The position numbers and the translations under genes are program-made. A stretch of 64,000 bases of DNA from the NCBI GenBank assembly GCA_009379825.1, contig WHTA01000014.1, positions 20,843 through 84,842 on the forward strand. The letters are read 5' to 3'. Shown piece after piece: positions 1-8,954 of this stretch. The notes below the pieces were generated by a model. It worked only from the letters and a program-made list of their open reading frames with translations. It was not told the origin of the DNA and searched no databases. The first letter of the stretch is position 1. Every line of letters starts with the position of its first letter. Source of the DNA: Streptosporangiales bacterium. Its GTDB lineage: Bacteria; Actinomycetota; Actinomycetes; Streptosporangiales; WHST01.

Positions 1-84
1 CACCGAGGATACGACCGCGCTGGCGATCTGTGGATGAGGAGAGGTCGCGTCACCAGCGTCGACGGGGCTTGAGAAGATGCGGGC

Positions 85-1665
85 ATGGCAGTCGAAACCA
101 GCGCGTTCTACGTCACCACGCCGATCTACTACGTCAACGACGTGCCGCACCTCGGGCACGCGTACACCACGGTCGCCGCGGATATGATCGCGCGCTGGCA
201 CCGGCAGCGCGGGGAGCCGGTGCACTTCCTCACCGGCACCGACGAGCACGGGCAGAAGGTCATGCGCACCGCCGAGGCGAACGGGGTCGCGCCGAAGGAG
301 TGGTGCGACCGGCTGGTGGAGAGCGAGTGGAAGCCGGTCCTCGAGGTGCTCGACATCAGCAACGACGACTTCATCCGCACCACCGAGCGCCGGCACATCG
401 ACCGGGTGCGCACCTTCTGGCAGACGCTGTACGACGTCGGGCACGTCTACCAGGGCAGGTACGAGGGCCCGTACTGCGTGTCGTGCGAGGAGTTCAAGCT
501 GGAGAGCGAGCTCGAGGACGGCGAGGACGGCGCGAAGCTCTGCCCGATCCACGGCCGGCCGGTCGAGATGCTCGCCGAGACGAACTACTTCTTCCGGCTG
601 TCCGAGTTCGCCGACCGGCTGCTCGCCCTCTACGAGGAGCGCCCGGAGTTCGTCCAGCCGGAGAGCACCCGCAACGAGCTGATCTCGTTCATCCGGCAGG
701 GCCTGCAGGACCTCTCCATCACCAGGTCCACGTTCGACTGGGGCATCCCCGTGCCGTGGGACGAGGAGCACGTCCTCTACGTGTGGATCGAGGCGCTGCT
801 CAACTACGTCACCGCGGCCGGGTACAGCGCAGACGAGGACGCGTTCGCCCGTATCTGGCCGGCGAACCTGCACCTGGTGGGCAAGGACATCGCGAGGTTC
901 CACGCGGTGATCTGGCCGGCGATGCTGATGGCCGCCGGCATCGACGTGCCGCGGTCGGTGTTCGCGCACGGCTGGCTGCTGGTCGGCGGGCAGAAGATGA
1001 GCAAGACCAAGCTCACCGGCATCCACCCGCGCGACATCGTCGACCACTTCGGCTCCGACGCGTTCAGGTACTACTTCATGCGGGCCATCCACTTCGGCTC
1101 CGACGGCTCGTTCTCCTGGGAGAACATGTCCGCCGTCTACACCTCGGAGCTGGCCAACGGGCTCGGCAACCTCGCGTCGCGGGTCGCCGCGATGGTGGGC
1201 AAGTACTTCGGCGGGGTGCTGCCGAAGCCGACCGACCACGGGCCGGCCGAGGAGGCGCTCACGGCCAAGCTGTCCGCGGCCGTCACGACCGCGGACCAGG
1301 CGATCGACCGGTTCGCGCTGCACGAGGCGGTGACCGCGACCAACGAGTTCGTCGGCGCGGTGAACGTCTACGTCACCGAGCAGGAGCCGTGGAAAGTCGC
1401 GAAGTCCGACACCGAGGAGAGTCGGGCGCGGCTGGCCACCATCCTCTACACCGCGGCCGAGTCGCTGCGGGCGATCGCCGTGCTGCACAACCCGGTGCTG
1501 CCGAAGGCATGCGCGCAGCTGTGGGAGCTGCTCGGCGCGGAAGCCCACCTGGGTGCGCTCGCCGACCAGCGGGTGCAGCAGGCAGGCGACTGGGGACAGC
1601 TGCCAGAGGGCGCGCAGATCACAAAGGGGCCGGCCCTGTTCCCCCGGCTGCCAGACGACGCGTGA
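85..1665 (+). CDS. metG: methionine--tRNA ligase
   Basis: 526-aa ORF. It has the class-I aaRS HIGH-type signature (PHLGHAYT) near the N-terminus and a KMSKT loop (QKMSKTK). The metG-tatD pairing is typical. Confidence 0.95.
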   Translation: MAVETSAFYVTTPIYYVNDVPHLGHAYTTVAADMIARWHRQRGEPVHFLTGTDEHGQKVMRTAEANGVAPKEWCDRLVESEWKPVLEVLDISNDDFIRTTERRHIDRVRTFWQTLYDVGHVYQGRYEGPYCVSCEEFKLESELEDGEDGAKLCPIHGRPVEMLAETNYFFRLSEFADRLLALYEERPEFVQPESTRNELISFIRQGLQDLSITRSTFDWGIPVPWDEEHVLYVWIEALLNYVTAAGYSADEDAFARIWPANLHLVGKDIARFHAVIWPAMLMAAGIDVPRSVFAHGWLLVGGQKMSKTKLTGIHPRDIVDHFGSDAFRYYFMRAIHFGSDGSFSWENMSAVYTSELANGLGNLASRVAAMVGKYFGGVLPKPTDHGPAEEALTAKLSAAVTTADQAIDRFALHEAVTATNEFVGAVNVYVTEQEPWKVAKSDTEESRARLATILYTAAESLRAIAVLHNPVLPKACAQLWELLGAEAHLGALADQRVQQAGDWGQLPEGAQITKGPALFPRLPDDA

Positions 1666-2486
1666 GCAAGCGCCGCGAGGGATCGTCGCCCCCGGCGCCC
1701 GAGCCGCTGCGGGTGGCGACGGTCGACAGCCACACCCACCTGGACGCGTTGGAGACCGACGTCGCCGACGTCGTCGCGCAGGCGCGTGCCGTCGGCGTCA
1801 CCGCCATGGTGACCACCGGCGACACCGTCGAGTCGTCGCGGTGGTGCGCCGCGACGGCCGCGTCGTACGACGAGGTGTACGCCGCCGTGGCGATCCACCC
1901 CAACGAGGTCGGTTCCGCGGGCGAGGAGACGTACGCGGAGATCGCCAGGCTCGCCGCGCTGCCCGAGGTGTCCGCCGTGGGGGAGACCGGGCTGGACTAC
2001 TACTGGGAGCGGGTCGACCCGCAGCTGCAGCGGCAGGCGTTCCGCCGCCACATCGACATCGCGAAGCACACCGGCAAGGCGCTGGTGATCCACGACCGCG
2101 ACGCGCACGCCGACGTGCTCGACGTGCTGGCCGCCGACGGTGCGCCCGAGCACACGGTCATGCACTGCTTCTCCGGTGACGCGGAACTGGCCAGGACCTG
2201 CGCCGAACGCGGCTACCTGATGAGCTTCGCCGGCACCGTCACGTTCAAGAACGCCGCGGACCTGCGGGCCGCTGCCGAGGTGGCGCCGCCCGACCTGGTC
2301 GTGGTGGAGACCGACGCGCCGTACCTCACGCCGATGCCGTACCGCGGCCGGCCGAACGCGCCGTACCTGATGCCGTTGACCGTGCGCTGCCTGGCCGAGG
2401 TGCGCGGCGTAGGCGAGGACGAGCTGGCCGCCACCGCAGCCGCGAACGCCGCCCGCGTGTTCGGCCTCGGCGTGCCTCCGTCCTGA
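1662..2486 (+). CDS. tatD: TatD-family metal-dependent hydrolase/DNase
   Basis: Last 274 codons of the 30..2486 frame. The GTG start overlaps the metG stop (GTGA). It carries the DSHTHLD metal-binding motif. The upstream part of that long ORF is only the alternate frame of metG. Confidence 0.85.
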   Translation: MSKRREGSSPPAPEPLRVATVDSHTHLDALETDVADVVAQARAVGVTAMVTTGDTVESSRWCAATAASYDEVYAAVAIHPNEVGSAGEETYAEIARLAALPEVSAVGETGLDYYWERVDPQLQRQAFRRHIDIAKHTGKALVIHDRDAHADVLDVLAADGAPEHTVMHCFSGDAELARTCAERGYLMSFAGTVTFKNAADLRAAAEVAPPDLVVVETDAPYLTPMPYRGRPNAPYLMPLTVRCLAEVRGVGEDELAATAAANAARVFGLGVPPS

Positions 2487-2500
2487 CCCGCCCCGGCGGC

Positions 2501-4021
2501 TCAGACCTCCATCCGCGACCTGCGCTGCAGCTCGTACATGTTCGTGTGGCTGCGGACGTAGACGCTGCTGCCGTCGAGGTACGGGCAGAAGTCCCAGTCG
2601 GTGCGGATGCCGCGGGTCAGCGCCGGTGCGACGACCAGCCGGTCCAGCTGGCTGCCGCGCACCCTGTTGTCGAGCTCACCCAGGTCCCAGCGGCTCTCCA
2701 CCTCCGCGCCGAGCGTGTCCAGGGTGCCTGCGTACGCACAGCTGCCGGCCAGGTTGTCGAGCTCGTCCGGGTCGGTCGCGAGGTCGTAGAGCAGGTCGGG
2801 GTCGCCGGGACAGCGGATCAGCTTGAACCGCTCGTTGCGGACCATCACCGCAGGGGCGGTCACGCCCTCGGCGAGGTACTCCGCGACGACAGGGGCGCCG
2901 CGATCCGCGCGTCTCCCGTCGACCAGCGGTGCCAACGTCATGCCGTCGACGTCGAGCCGGTCGGGGGTGACGCCGGACAGGTCGACGACCGTCGGCGCCA
3001 GGTCGAGCAGTGACACCGGTGCCTCGACCCGCCGCGGGGTGCGTCCTGGCACGCGGATCATCAGCGGCACCCGGGCCGAGTGCTCGTAGAACGACATCTT
3101 GTACCAGAGACCGCGCTCGCCGAGCATCTCGCCGTGGTCGGAGGTGAGCACGACGATGGTGTCGTCGGCGAGCCCGCTGTCGTCGAGGGCGTCGAGCAGC
3201 TCGCCGATGCGCGCGTCGACGTAGCTCACCGCGGCGTAGTAGCCGTGCCGTGCCTTACGTACCTGCTCGTCGCCGAGCTGCACCTCGTCGGCGCCGAACA
3301 TCTCCCTGAGCCTGCGACTGTGCGCATCGGCGTCGTCCAGCGGGATCCGCGGCACCGTCGGGTCCGGGATATCCGCGAGGTCGTAGCGGTCCCAGTACTC
3401 CGACCGCAGCTCCCAGGGGTCGTGCGGGTGGGTGAACGACGCGGTGAGGAAGAACGGTGTGTTGTCAGGATCGCGGGCGAAGTCGTAGATCTTCCTGACC
3501 GCCTGGAACGCCACCTCGTCGTCGTAGTCCATCGGCATCGACGCTCGACATCGTGCCGGATATTGCACACTGTCCATTGTGTGGTACCAGGAGTACCTGT
3601 CCTTCATCGGCAGCCGCCAGTCCGGCGTCCAGTCGAGATCGCCGGGGTAGATGTCGGTGGTCAGCCGTTCTTCGAAGCCGTGTAGTTGGTCGGGCCCGAC
3701 GAAGTGCATCTTGCCGGACAGGCAGGTGCGGTAACCGGCGGCGCGCAGGTGATGTGCCAGCGTCGGTAGGGACGGGCGCATATCTGCCGCGTTGTCGTAT
3801 ACGCCCGTGCGGGACGGTAGTCGTCCGGTCAGCATCGACGCGCGCGACGGAGCGCACAGCGGCGAAGGGCAGTAGGCGTTCTCGAACACCACGGCGTCAG
3901 CGGCGAGTCGATCCACCGCCGGGCTGCTGACCACGGTGTGGCCGTAGCTGGGCAGCCAGCTTGCCGAGAGTTGATCAGCCATCAGTAGTAGCACGTTGGG
4001 GCGGTGCGCGGCGTCGGTCAT
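2501..4021 (-). CDS. sulfatase, choline-sulfatase (BetC)-like
   Basis: Cys-type sulfatase active-site motif CAPSR (PLCAPSRASMLTG). The GKMHFVGPDQLHGFEERLTTDIYP block matches the choline-sulfatase family as I recall it. Start is ambiguous: ATG 4021 is preferred, ATG 4057 is possible. Confidence 0.75.
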   Translation of the reverse strand: MTDAAHRPNVLLLMADQLSASWLPSYGHTVVSSPAVDRLAADAVVFENAYCPSPLCAPSRASMLTGRLPSRTGVYDNAADMRPSLPTLAHHLRAAGYRTCLSGKMHFVGPDQLHGFEERLTTDIYPGDLDWTPDWRLPMKDRYSWYHTMDSVQYPARCRASMPMDYDDEVAFQAVRKIYDFARDPDNTPFFLTASFTHPHDPWELRSEYWDRYDLADIPDPTVPRIPLDDADAHSRRLREMFGADEVQLGDEQVRKARHGYYAAVSYVDARIGELLDALDDSGLADDTIVVLTSDHGEMLGERGLWYKMSFYEHSARVPLMIRVPGRTPRRVEAPVSLLDLAPTVVDLSGVTPDRLDVDGMTLAPLVDGRRADRGAPVVAEYLAEGVTAPAVMVRNERFKLIRCPGDPDLLYDLATDPDELDNLAGSCAYAGTLDTLGAEVESRWDLGELDNRVRGSQLDRLVVAPALTRGIRTDWDFCPYLDGSSVYVRSHTNMYELQRRSRMEV

Positions 4022-4120
4022 GCGACGGGGGTATCCCATGATCACTGTCCCCGTCAATACTCGGCTCGTTGTGCCGGTGCCGTCCGGGCGAACGGCGGCC
4101 GGGAGCTACGCTCGGCAGCT

Positions 4121-5320
4121 ATGCCGACCTCCGGCCAACTGCGGCGCGCGCTCGTCGAGACGTTGACGAGCAGCGGTCAGCTGCGTTCGACCCCGGTGCT
4201 GCGGGCCTTCGCCGCCGTGCGGCGGGAGCTGTTCGTGCCGGAGATCGCGGCGAGCAGGGGGCTCGCCGCCGTGTACGCCGACGCCGCGCTAGTCACCAGG
4301 GAGTGCGACGGCCACCCGACCAGCTCGTCCAGCCAGCCAGGGGTGATGGCGGCGATGCTCGAGGCGCTCGCGGTGCGGCCCGGTCAGCGCGTGCTCGAGA
4401 TCGGCCTCGGCACCGGCTACAACGCCGCGTTGCTCGCCCGGCTGGTCGGCCGGCACGGACAGGTGACCTCGGTGGACATCGACGCGGCGCTGGTCGCGAA
4501 GGCGGGCGGCGCACTGCGTGCCTGCGGCGCCGCGGTGACCACGGTCGTCGGCGACGGCCGGGCCGGCTCGGCCGACGGCGGGCCGTACGACCGGATCATC
4601 GTCACGGCCTCGAGCGACGTGGTACCGCTGGCGTGGTGGGAGCAGCTGGCGCCTGGCGGTGTGCTCGTGCTGCCGCTGCGGCTGGACGCCGTCCAGGCGG
4701 TGGTGGCGCTCGTCCGCACCGAGCAGGGGTTCCGGGCCACCGCGGTGATACCCGGCGGGTTCATGCCGTTGCGTGACGAGGTCGACGCGGCAGGTGGTGG
4801 TACGCCGAGTCTGTCGGTGTCGGTGGCGGTCGACGGAACGTCGGCGCAGACGTACGTTGCGTATGGCTCGGTACTCGGCCGGCTGCCCGCACGGGCGCGT
4901 GCCGCCGTCGCCGGCCTGCTGCTCGACCGGCCGCGCGTCAGCAGGATCGACGCGACGCCGGGGTTCCCCGTGCACTGGCACCTGGCGCTCGTCCACGACC
5001 CGCGGCTGCTGGTCTCGGTCTTCGGGCCGCCGCCCGGGCCCAGGATCGGCCTGGTCGACCCGGGTTCGGGCGCGTTCGGTGCCCTGGTCATGGACACCGC
5101 CGACGCGTCCTGGCCGCTGGCGGCGGTGGAGCGGTACGGGGACGCGGTGCAGCAGCGCCGCGAGCTGCTCGAGTGCGTACGGGACTGGCGGGCAGCCGGC
5201 TCACCCGGCCTCGACCGGTTGGCGGTGGAGGTCAGTTATGCCAGGTCAACGGCGCCGCGGCTACGCAGCAGGCGCACCTGGCGCCGCCCCGACCACCGCA
5301 TCCACGTCGGCTGGCGCTAG
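4121..5320 (+). CDS. protein-L-isoaspartate O-methyltransferase (PIMT)-like methyltransferase with ~190-aa C-terminal extension
   Basis: ATG at 4121. The N-terminal half shows a PIMT/SAM-MTase pattern (VLEIGLGTGYNAALLA ... DRIIVTAS). The C-terminal half has no motif I recognise. The architecture resembles RiPP-associated (FxLD-type) PIMT homologues. Confidence 0.7.
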   Translation: MPTSGQLRRALVETLTSSGQLRSTPVLRAFAAVRRELFVPEIAASRGLAAVYADAALVTRECDGHPTSSSSQPGVMAAMLEALAVRPGQRVLEIGLGTGYNAALLARLVGRHGQVTSVDIDAALVAKAGGALRACGAAVTTVVGDGRAGSADGGPYDRIIVTASSDVVPLAWWEQLAPGGVLVLPLRLDAVQAVVALVRTEQGFRATAVIPGGFMPLRDEVDAAGGGTPSLSVSVAVDGTSAQTYVAYGSVLGRLPARARAAVAGLLLDRPRVSRIDATPGFPVHWHLALVHDPRLLVSVFGPPPGPRIGLVDPGSGAFGALVMDTADASWPLAAVERYGDAVQQRRELLECVRDWRAAGSPGLDRLAVEVSYARSTAPRLRSRRTWRRPDHRIHVGWR

Positions 5321-5334
5321 GCGGTTCCAGCAAG

Positions 5335-5532
5335 TCAGGAACCGATCTGTTTGCGGCTGACGCGGCGGAGCCGCCTGCGCTGGCTGGGGTCGAGCATGAA
5401 GTACCCGACCACCGGGGCCGCGACGATGGCCACGAAGATCAGTCCCGCGATGATGTTGGGGAGTATCGCGAACGCCAGGATCGTGGCCCCGATGCCCCCG
5501 ACGGCGTACCAGCCCAAGGCCTTCTTCGTCAT
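5335..5532 (-). CDS. small membrane protein (65 aa), function unknown
   Basis: Two hydrophobic helices followed by a basic tail (RRRLRRVSRK). It fits the gap between neighbouring genes. No family recognised. Confidence 0.45.
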   Translation of the reverse strand: MTKKALGWYAVGGIGATILAFAILPNIIAGLIFVAIVAAPVVGYFMLDPSQRRRLRRVSRKQIGS

Positions 5533-5889
5533 CTGCTGCTCCCTTGCCCGGTACGAGTGGCGATTTGCGTACTTCCACCGTACCCGGCGGCGCTGGCTAC
5601 CGACGGTCCCACCAACCCTGACTCCACCCTGGTTTTGCGTAGTCTCGCGGGGCCGGTCGTTACGGACGGTGAGTGTGGGTCCGTGGGGATTTACCCGCTT
5701 CCGGTGGGTCGGTTTGCTCCCGACGTGACCGTCTCGTTATAGTCCAACACTTGTTAGCCGAGGTCTGGGGAAGGCCTCGGGTGGCGTTCGGGGGACGTGC
5801 CACGAACCGTCAAGTCCCAGGCGGTCGTGTGTAGGTAGCCGTCCCGTTTCCATCCCTGCGGCCTCGTACCCGTTGCCCCAGGGAGCATT
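5533..5889 (+). promoter_or_regulatory. long untranslated leader/promoter region of rpfB-rsmA-ispE (candidate structured RNA)
   Basis: 357 bp without a credible ORF. It is locally less GC-rich and contains stem-loops, e.g. CCGAGG(5758-5763)/CCTCGG(5775-5780). A GGGAG SD lies just before the GTG at 5890. Confidence 0.35.
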
Positions 5890-6984
5890 GTGCGCAAGAC
5901 ACCGGCAGCAATTGCCGCCGGCGTGACAGCTGTTGCTGTCATGACCGGAGGTGGCGTCGCCTACGCGGCGATGGACAATTCAGTGCAGCTCACGGTCGAT
6001 GGCAAGACGCAGACCGTGCACACCTTCTCCGACGACGTGTCGAGCGTGTTGGAGAAGGCCGACGTCGACACCGGCAAGCGTGACCTCGTCGCCCCGAAGT
6101 TGTCCTCGTCGATCGGTGATGGTGACCGGATCGTCGTGAAACACGCTCGCAAGGTCACGATCAGCGTCGACGGCAAAGAGCAGAAGCGTTGGGTCACCGC
6201 GTTGAGCGTGTCCGAGGCGCTGAAGCAGTTCGGCCTCCGTGACAAGAACATGCGAGTGTCCGCGGACCGGTCCACCCGGATCCCGCTGTCCGGCATGGAG
6301 ATCGAGGTCAGCCTGCCCAAGCGCGTCAGCGTCACGGCCGACGACGAGACCGAGAAGTTGCTGTCCTTCGGTACGACGGTCGGCGACGCGGTCGCCGACG
6401 CCGGCGTGTCGACGGACTCCAACGACGTGGTCAAGCCGAAGCAGAGCAAGAAGCTCGAAGAAGGCGAGAAGATCCGCGTCTACCGGGTGAGTATCAAGAA
6501 GACCAAGAAGACGGTCGCGATCGCGCCGCCGGTCAAGAAGGAGAAGACCGACGACCTCGAGCGCGGCGAGACCAAGGTCGAGGACCCCGGCAAGGCGGGC
6601 AAGAAGGTCGTCTACTACAAGACCCGGATCGTCGACGGCAAGAAGGGCGAGCCGAAGAAGATCCGCGAGAAGGTGCTGAAGAAGCCGGAGACCAAGACCG
6701 TGCTCGTCGGCACCGCCGCGCCGAGCAGCGGCATGGACGGCACGTTCTGGACCCTCGGTGGCTGGGACTGGAAGTACCTGGCCGAGTGCGAGTCCGGCAT
6801 GAACCCGGACGCGTCGAACGGCACGCACTTCGGTCTGTACCAGTTCAGCCAGTCCACCTGGGAGTCTGTGGGCGGTACCGGTGACCCGCGCGACGCGTCG
6901 CCGGAGGAGCAGACCAGGCGGGCTTACAAGCTGATCGAGAGCGCTGGGCCCAGCCAATGGACGTGTCCGACTAGACGCGTATAG
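5890..6984 (+). CDS. rpfB: resuscitation-promoting factor RpfB
   Basis: N-terminal signal/TM segment, repeated DUF348-like modules and a G5-like lysine-rich region. The C-terminal Rpf transglycosylase-like domain reads [31 protein letters not shown]. It sits in conserved rpfB-rsmA-ispE synteny. Confidence 0.9.
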   Translation: MRKTPAAIAAGVTAVAVMTGGGVAYAAMDNSVQLTVDGKTQTVHTFSDDVSSVLEKADVDTGKRDLVAPKLSSSIGDGDRIVVKHARKVTISVDGKEQKRWVTALSVSEALKQFGLRDKNMRVSADRSTRIPLSGMEIEVSLPKRVSVTADDETEKLLSFGTTVGDAVADAGVSTDSNDVVKPKQSKKLEEGEKIRVYRVSIKKTKKTVAIAPPVKKEKTDDLERGETKVEDPGKAGKKVVYYKTRIVDGKKGEPKKIREKVLKKPETKTVLVGTAAPSSGMDGTFWTLGGWDWKYLAECESGMNPDASNGTHFGLYQFSQSTWESVGGTGDPRDASPEEQTRRAYKLIESAGPSQWTCPTRRV

Positions 6985-6991
6985 TCAGTGC

Positions 6992-7885
6992 GTGACTGAC
7001 GCATCGGCCGGGTCCGGGTTACTGGGCCCGGCCGATGTGCGTCTGCTTGCCGAACAGCTCGGCATCCGGCCGACGAAGACCCGCGGCCAGAACTTCATGG
7101 TCGACGTCGGGACGGTGCGGCGGATCGTCCGTACGTCCGGCGTCACCGCCGACGACGTCGTGCTCGAGGTCGGCCCCGGCCTCGGCTCGCTGACCCTCGG
7201 CCTGCTCCCGGCGGCGCGGCACGTGCTCGCGGTGGAGGTCGACCGGTCGCTGGCCGCCGCCCTGCCGCGCACCGTCGCCGCGTACGCCCCCGCGCACGCG
7301 GCCGGGCTCACCGTGGTCGAGCGCGACGCCATGCGGGTGACGCCCGACGACCTGGCCGGGTGGCAGCCGACGGCGCTGGTGGCGAACCTGCCGTACAACG
7401 TCGCCGTGCCGGTGCTCGTCCACCTGCTGTCGACGTTCCCAACGCTTGCCGGCGGGCTGGTGCTGGTGCAGGCGGAGGTGGCGCAGCGGCTCGCCGCCGG
7501 CCCCGGCAGCCGGGTGTACGGCGTGCCGAGCGTGAAGGCCGCCTGGTTCGCGCACGTACGCAAGGCCGGCGCCGTCAACAGGGGCGTGTTCTGGCCGCGG
7601 CCGAACGTCGACTCCGAGCTCGTCGCGTTCGCTCGGCGGGAGCCGCCTGCGACGTCGGCGACCCGTGCTCAGGTGTTCGCGGCGGTCGACGCTGCGTTCG
7701 GGCAGCGCAGGAAGACGCTGCGGGTCGCGCTCGCCGACTGGGCCGGCGGTGCCGACCGCGCCGAGTCGATGCTCGTCGCTGCCGGTGTCGACCCGCGCGC
7801 CCGGGGTGAGACCCTCGACGTGGCCGCGTTCGCACGCCTCGCGGAGCAGGCCGCCAGGGCGGACCCTTACGATGCAAGACCGTGA
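6992..7885 (+). CDS. rsmA: 16S rRNA (adenine1518/1519-N6)-dimethyltransferase
   Basis: KsgA/Dim1 pattern: [13 protein letters not shown] motif [12 protein letters not shown] and NLPYNVAVP. Confidence 0.9.
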   Translation: MTDASAGSGLLGPADVRLLAEQLGIRPTKTRGQNFMVDVGTVRRIVRTSGVTADDVVLEVGPGLGSLTLGLLPAARHVLAVEVDRSLAAALPRTVAAYAPAHAAGLTVVERDAMRVTPDDLAGWQPTALVANLPYNVAVPVLVHLLSTFPTLAGGLVLVQAEVAQRLAAGPGSRVYGVPSVKAAWFAHVRKAGAVNRGVFWPRPNVDSELVAFARREPPATSATRAQVFAAVDAAFGQRRKTLRVALADWAGGADRAESMLVAAGVDPRARGETLDVAAFARLAEQAARADPYDARP

Positions 7886-8819
7886 GAGGAGTCGGACGTC
7901 GGTGACATCGGTGATCGTGCGTACACCCGCCAAGGTGAACCTGCACCTCGGTGTCGGCAGTGCGCGCTCGGACGGCTTCCACGAGCTGGTGAACGTCTTC
8001 CAGGCGGTGTCGCTGACCGACGACCTGACGGCCCGTCCCGCGGACGAGCCCGGGGTCACGTTGAGCGTGCTGGGCGAACACATCCGCGGCGTGCCGACCG
8101 ACAGGCGCAACCTCGCGGTGCGGGCCGTGCACGCGCTCGCGAAGCACGCGGGCGTACCGGCCGACGTTTCGCTGCAGCTACGTAAGCAGATCCCGGTCGC
8201 CGGCGGCATGGCCGGCGGCAGCGCGGACGCCGCGGCGGCGCTCGTCGCCTGCGACGCGCTGTGGGGCACCAGGGCGGCCAGGTACGACCTGCACGAGGTG
8301 GCCGCCTCGCTGGGTGCCGACGTGCCGTTCGCGCTGGTCGGCGGCACCGCGGTCGGCCGCGGGATGGGTGAGCGGCTGACGCCCGCGCTGGTACGCGGCG
8401 AGTTCCACTGGGTGTTCGCCGTCGCCGGCAGCGGGCTGTCCACCGTGAAGGTGTACGGCGAGTGGGACCGGATGGTGGACGGCACGGCGCCGGTGCACCC
8501 GCCGGAGCCCGAGGCGCTGATGTCCGCGCTGGCCGCCGGCGACGAGGTGGCGCTCGGCCGTGCGCTGCACAACGACCTGCAGCCCGCGGCGATCTCGCTG
8601 CGGCCTACCCTGCGCCGTACGCTCGCCGCGGGCAAGGAGCTCGGCGCGATCGGCGCGCTGGTCTCGGGTTCCGGCCCGACCTGCGCGTTCCTCGCGCACT
8701 CCGCCGACCACGCGGTCGACCTCGCCGTCGAGCTCGCGTCCGCTGGGGTCTGCAAGGTGGTCCGCCGGGCCCGCGGCCCGGTGCCAGGCGCCCGCGTCGT
8801 CGACGCCGCCGCGGCCTGA
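7872..8819 (+). CDS. ispE: 4-(cytidine 5'-diphospho)-2-C-methyl-D-erythritol kinase
   Basis: N-terminal motif [11 protein letters not shown] and GHMP kinase motif [17 protein letters not shown]. The ATG at 7872 overlaps the rsmA end. The longer ORF from 7665 is the alternate frame of rsmA. Confidence 0.85.
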   Translation: MQDRERSRTSVTSVIVRTPAKVNLHLGVGSARSDGFHELVNVFQAVSLTDDLTARPADEPGVTLSVLGEHIRGVPTDRRNLAVRAVHALAKHAGVPADVSLQLRKQIPVAGGMAGGSADAAAALVACDALWGTRAARYDLHEVAASLGADVPFALVGGTAVGRGMGERLTPALVRGEFHWVFAVAGSGLSTVKVYGEWDRMVDGTAPVHPPEPEALMSALAAGDEVALGRALHNDLQPAAISLRPTLRRTLAAGKELGAIGALVSGSGPTCAFLAHSADHAVDLAVELASAGVCKVVRRARGPVPGARVVDAAAA

Positions 8820-8954
8820 CCGACCGTCCCGGCCGTCGGTGGCAGCCCGATGGCAACCGTCCGGCAACGGGTCCCGCCTAGCGTCTGCGGCGTCATGGAC
8901 ACGGCGGGACGGGACACGGCGATGCACGACAACTACTGCCACTGAGGGAGCCGC

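Noticed and set aside
30-2486. 818-aa ORF spanning metG and tatD.
   Set aside because: The first ~544 codons are the alternate frame of metG (Arg-rich nonsense). Only the part from GTG 1662 is the TatD protein.
2501-4057. Sulfatase with a dedicated maturation partner.
   Set aside because: I looked for a formylglycine-generating enzyme or an anaerobic sulfatase-maturase gene next to the Cys-type sulfatase. None is present in the window, so no claim is made.
5533-5889. c-di-AMP (ydaO) riboswitch in the rpfB leader.
   Set aside because: The hallmark blocks (GGGGUGAAUC, CCGAAnCCGnCAGCUAACCUCG) are absent by eye and only vague G-rich similarities exist. It is reported only as an unclassified candidate leader.
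7019-8932. 637-aa minus-strand ORF over rsmA/ispE. Similar long antisense ORFs lie at 31924-34317, 53010-54986, 57447-59435, 58550-60502, 41013-43376, 42692-44089, 46536-48029 and 51577-53241.
   Set aside because: All lie opposite genes with clear family motifs. They show low-complexity R/A/P/G composition and lack recognisable domains or SD-start contexts. They are high-GC artefacts.
8820-8954. 16-codon mini-ORF (MDTAGRDTAMHDNYCH) between ispE and the SARP gene end.
   Set aside because: It has no SD and no conservation evidence, and it lies in a convergent terminator region. It is likely a chance occurrence.
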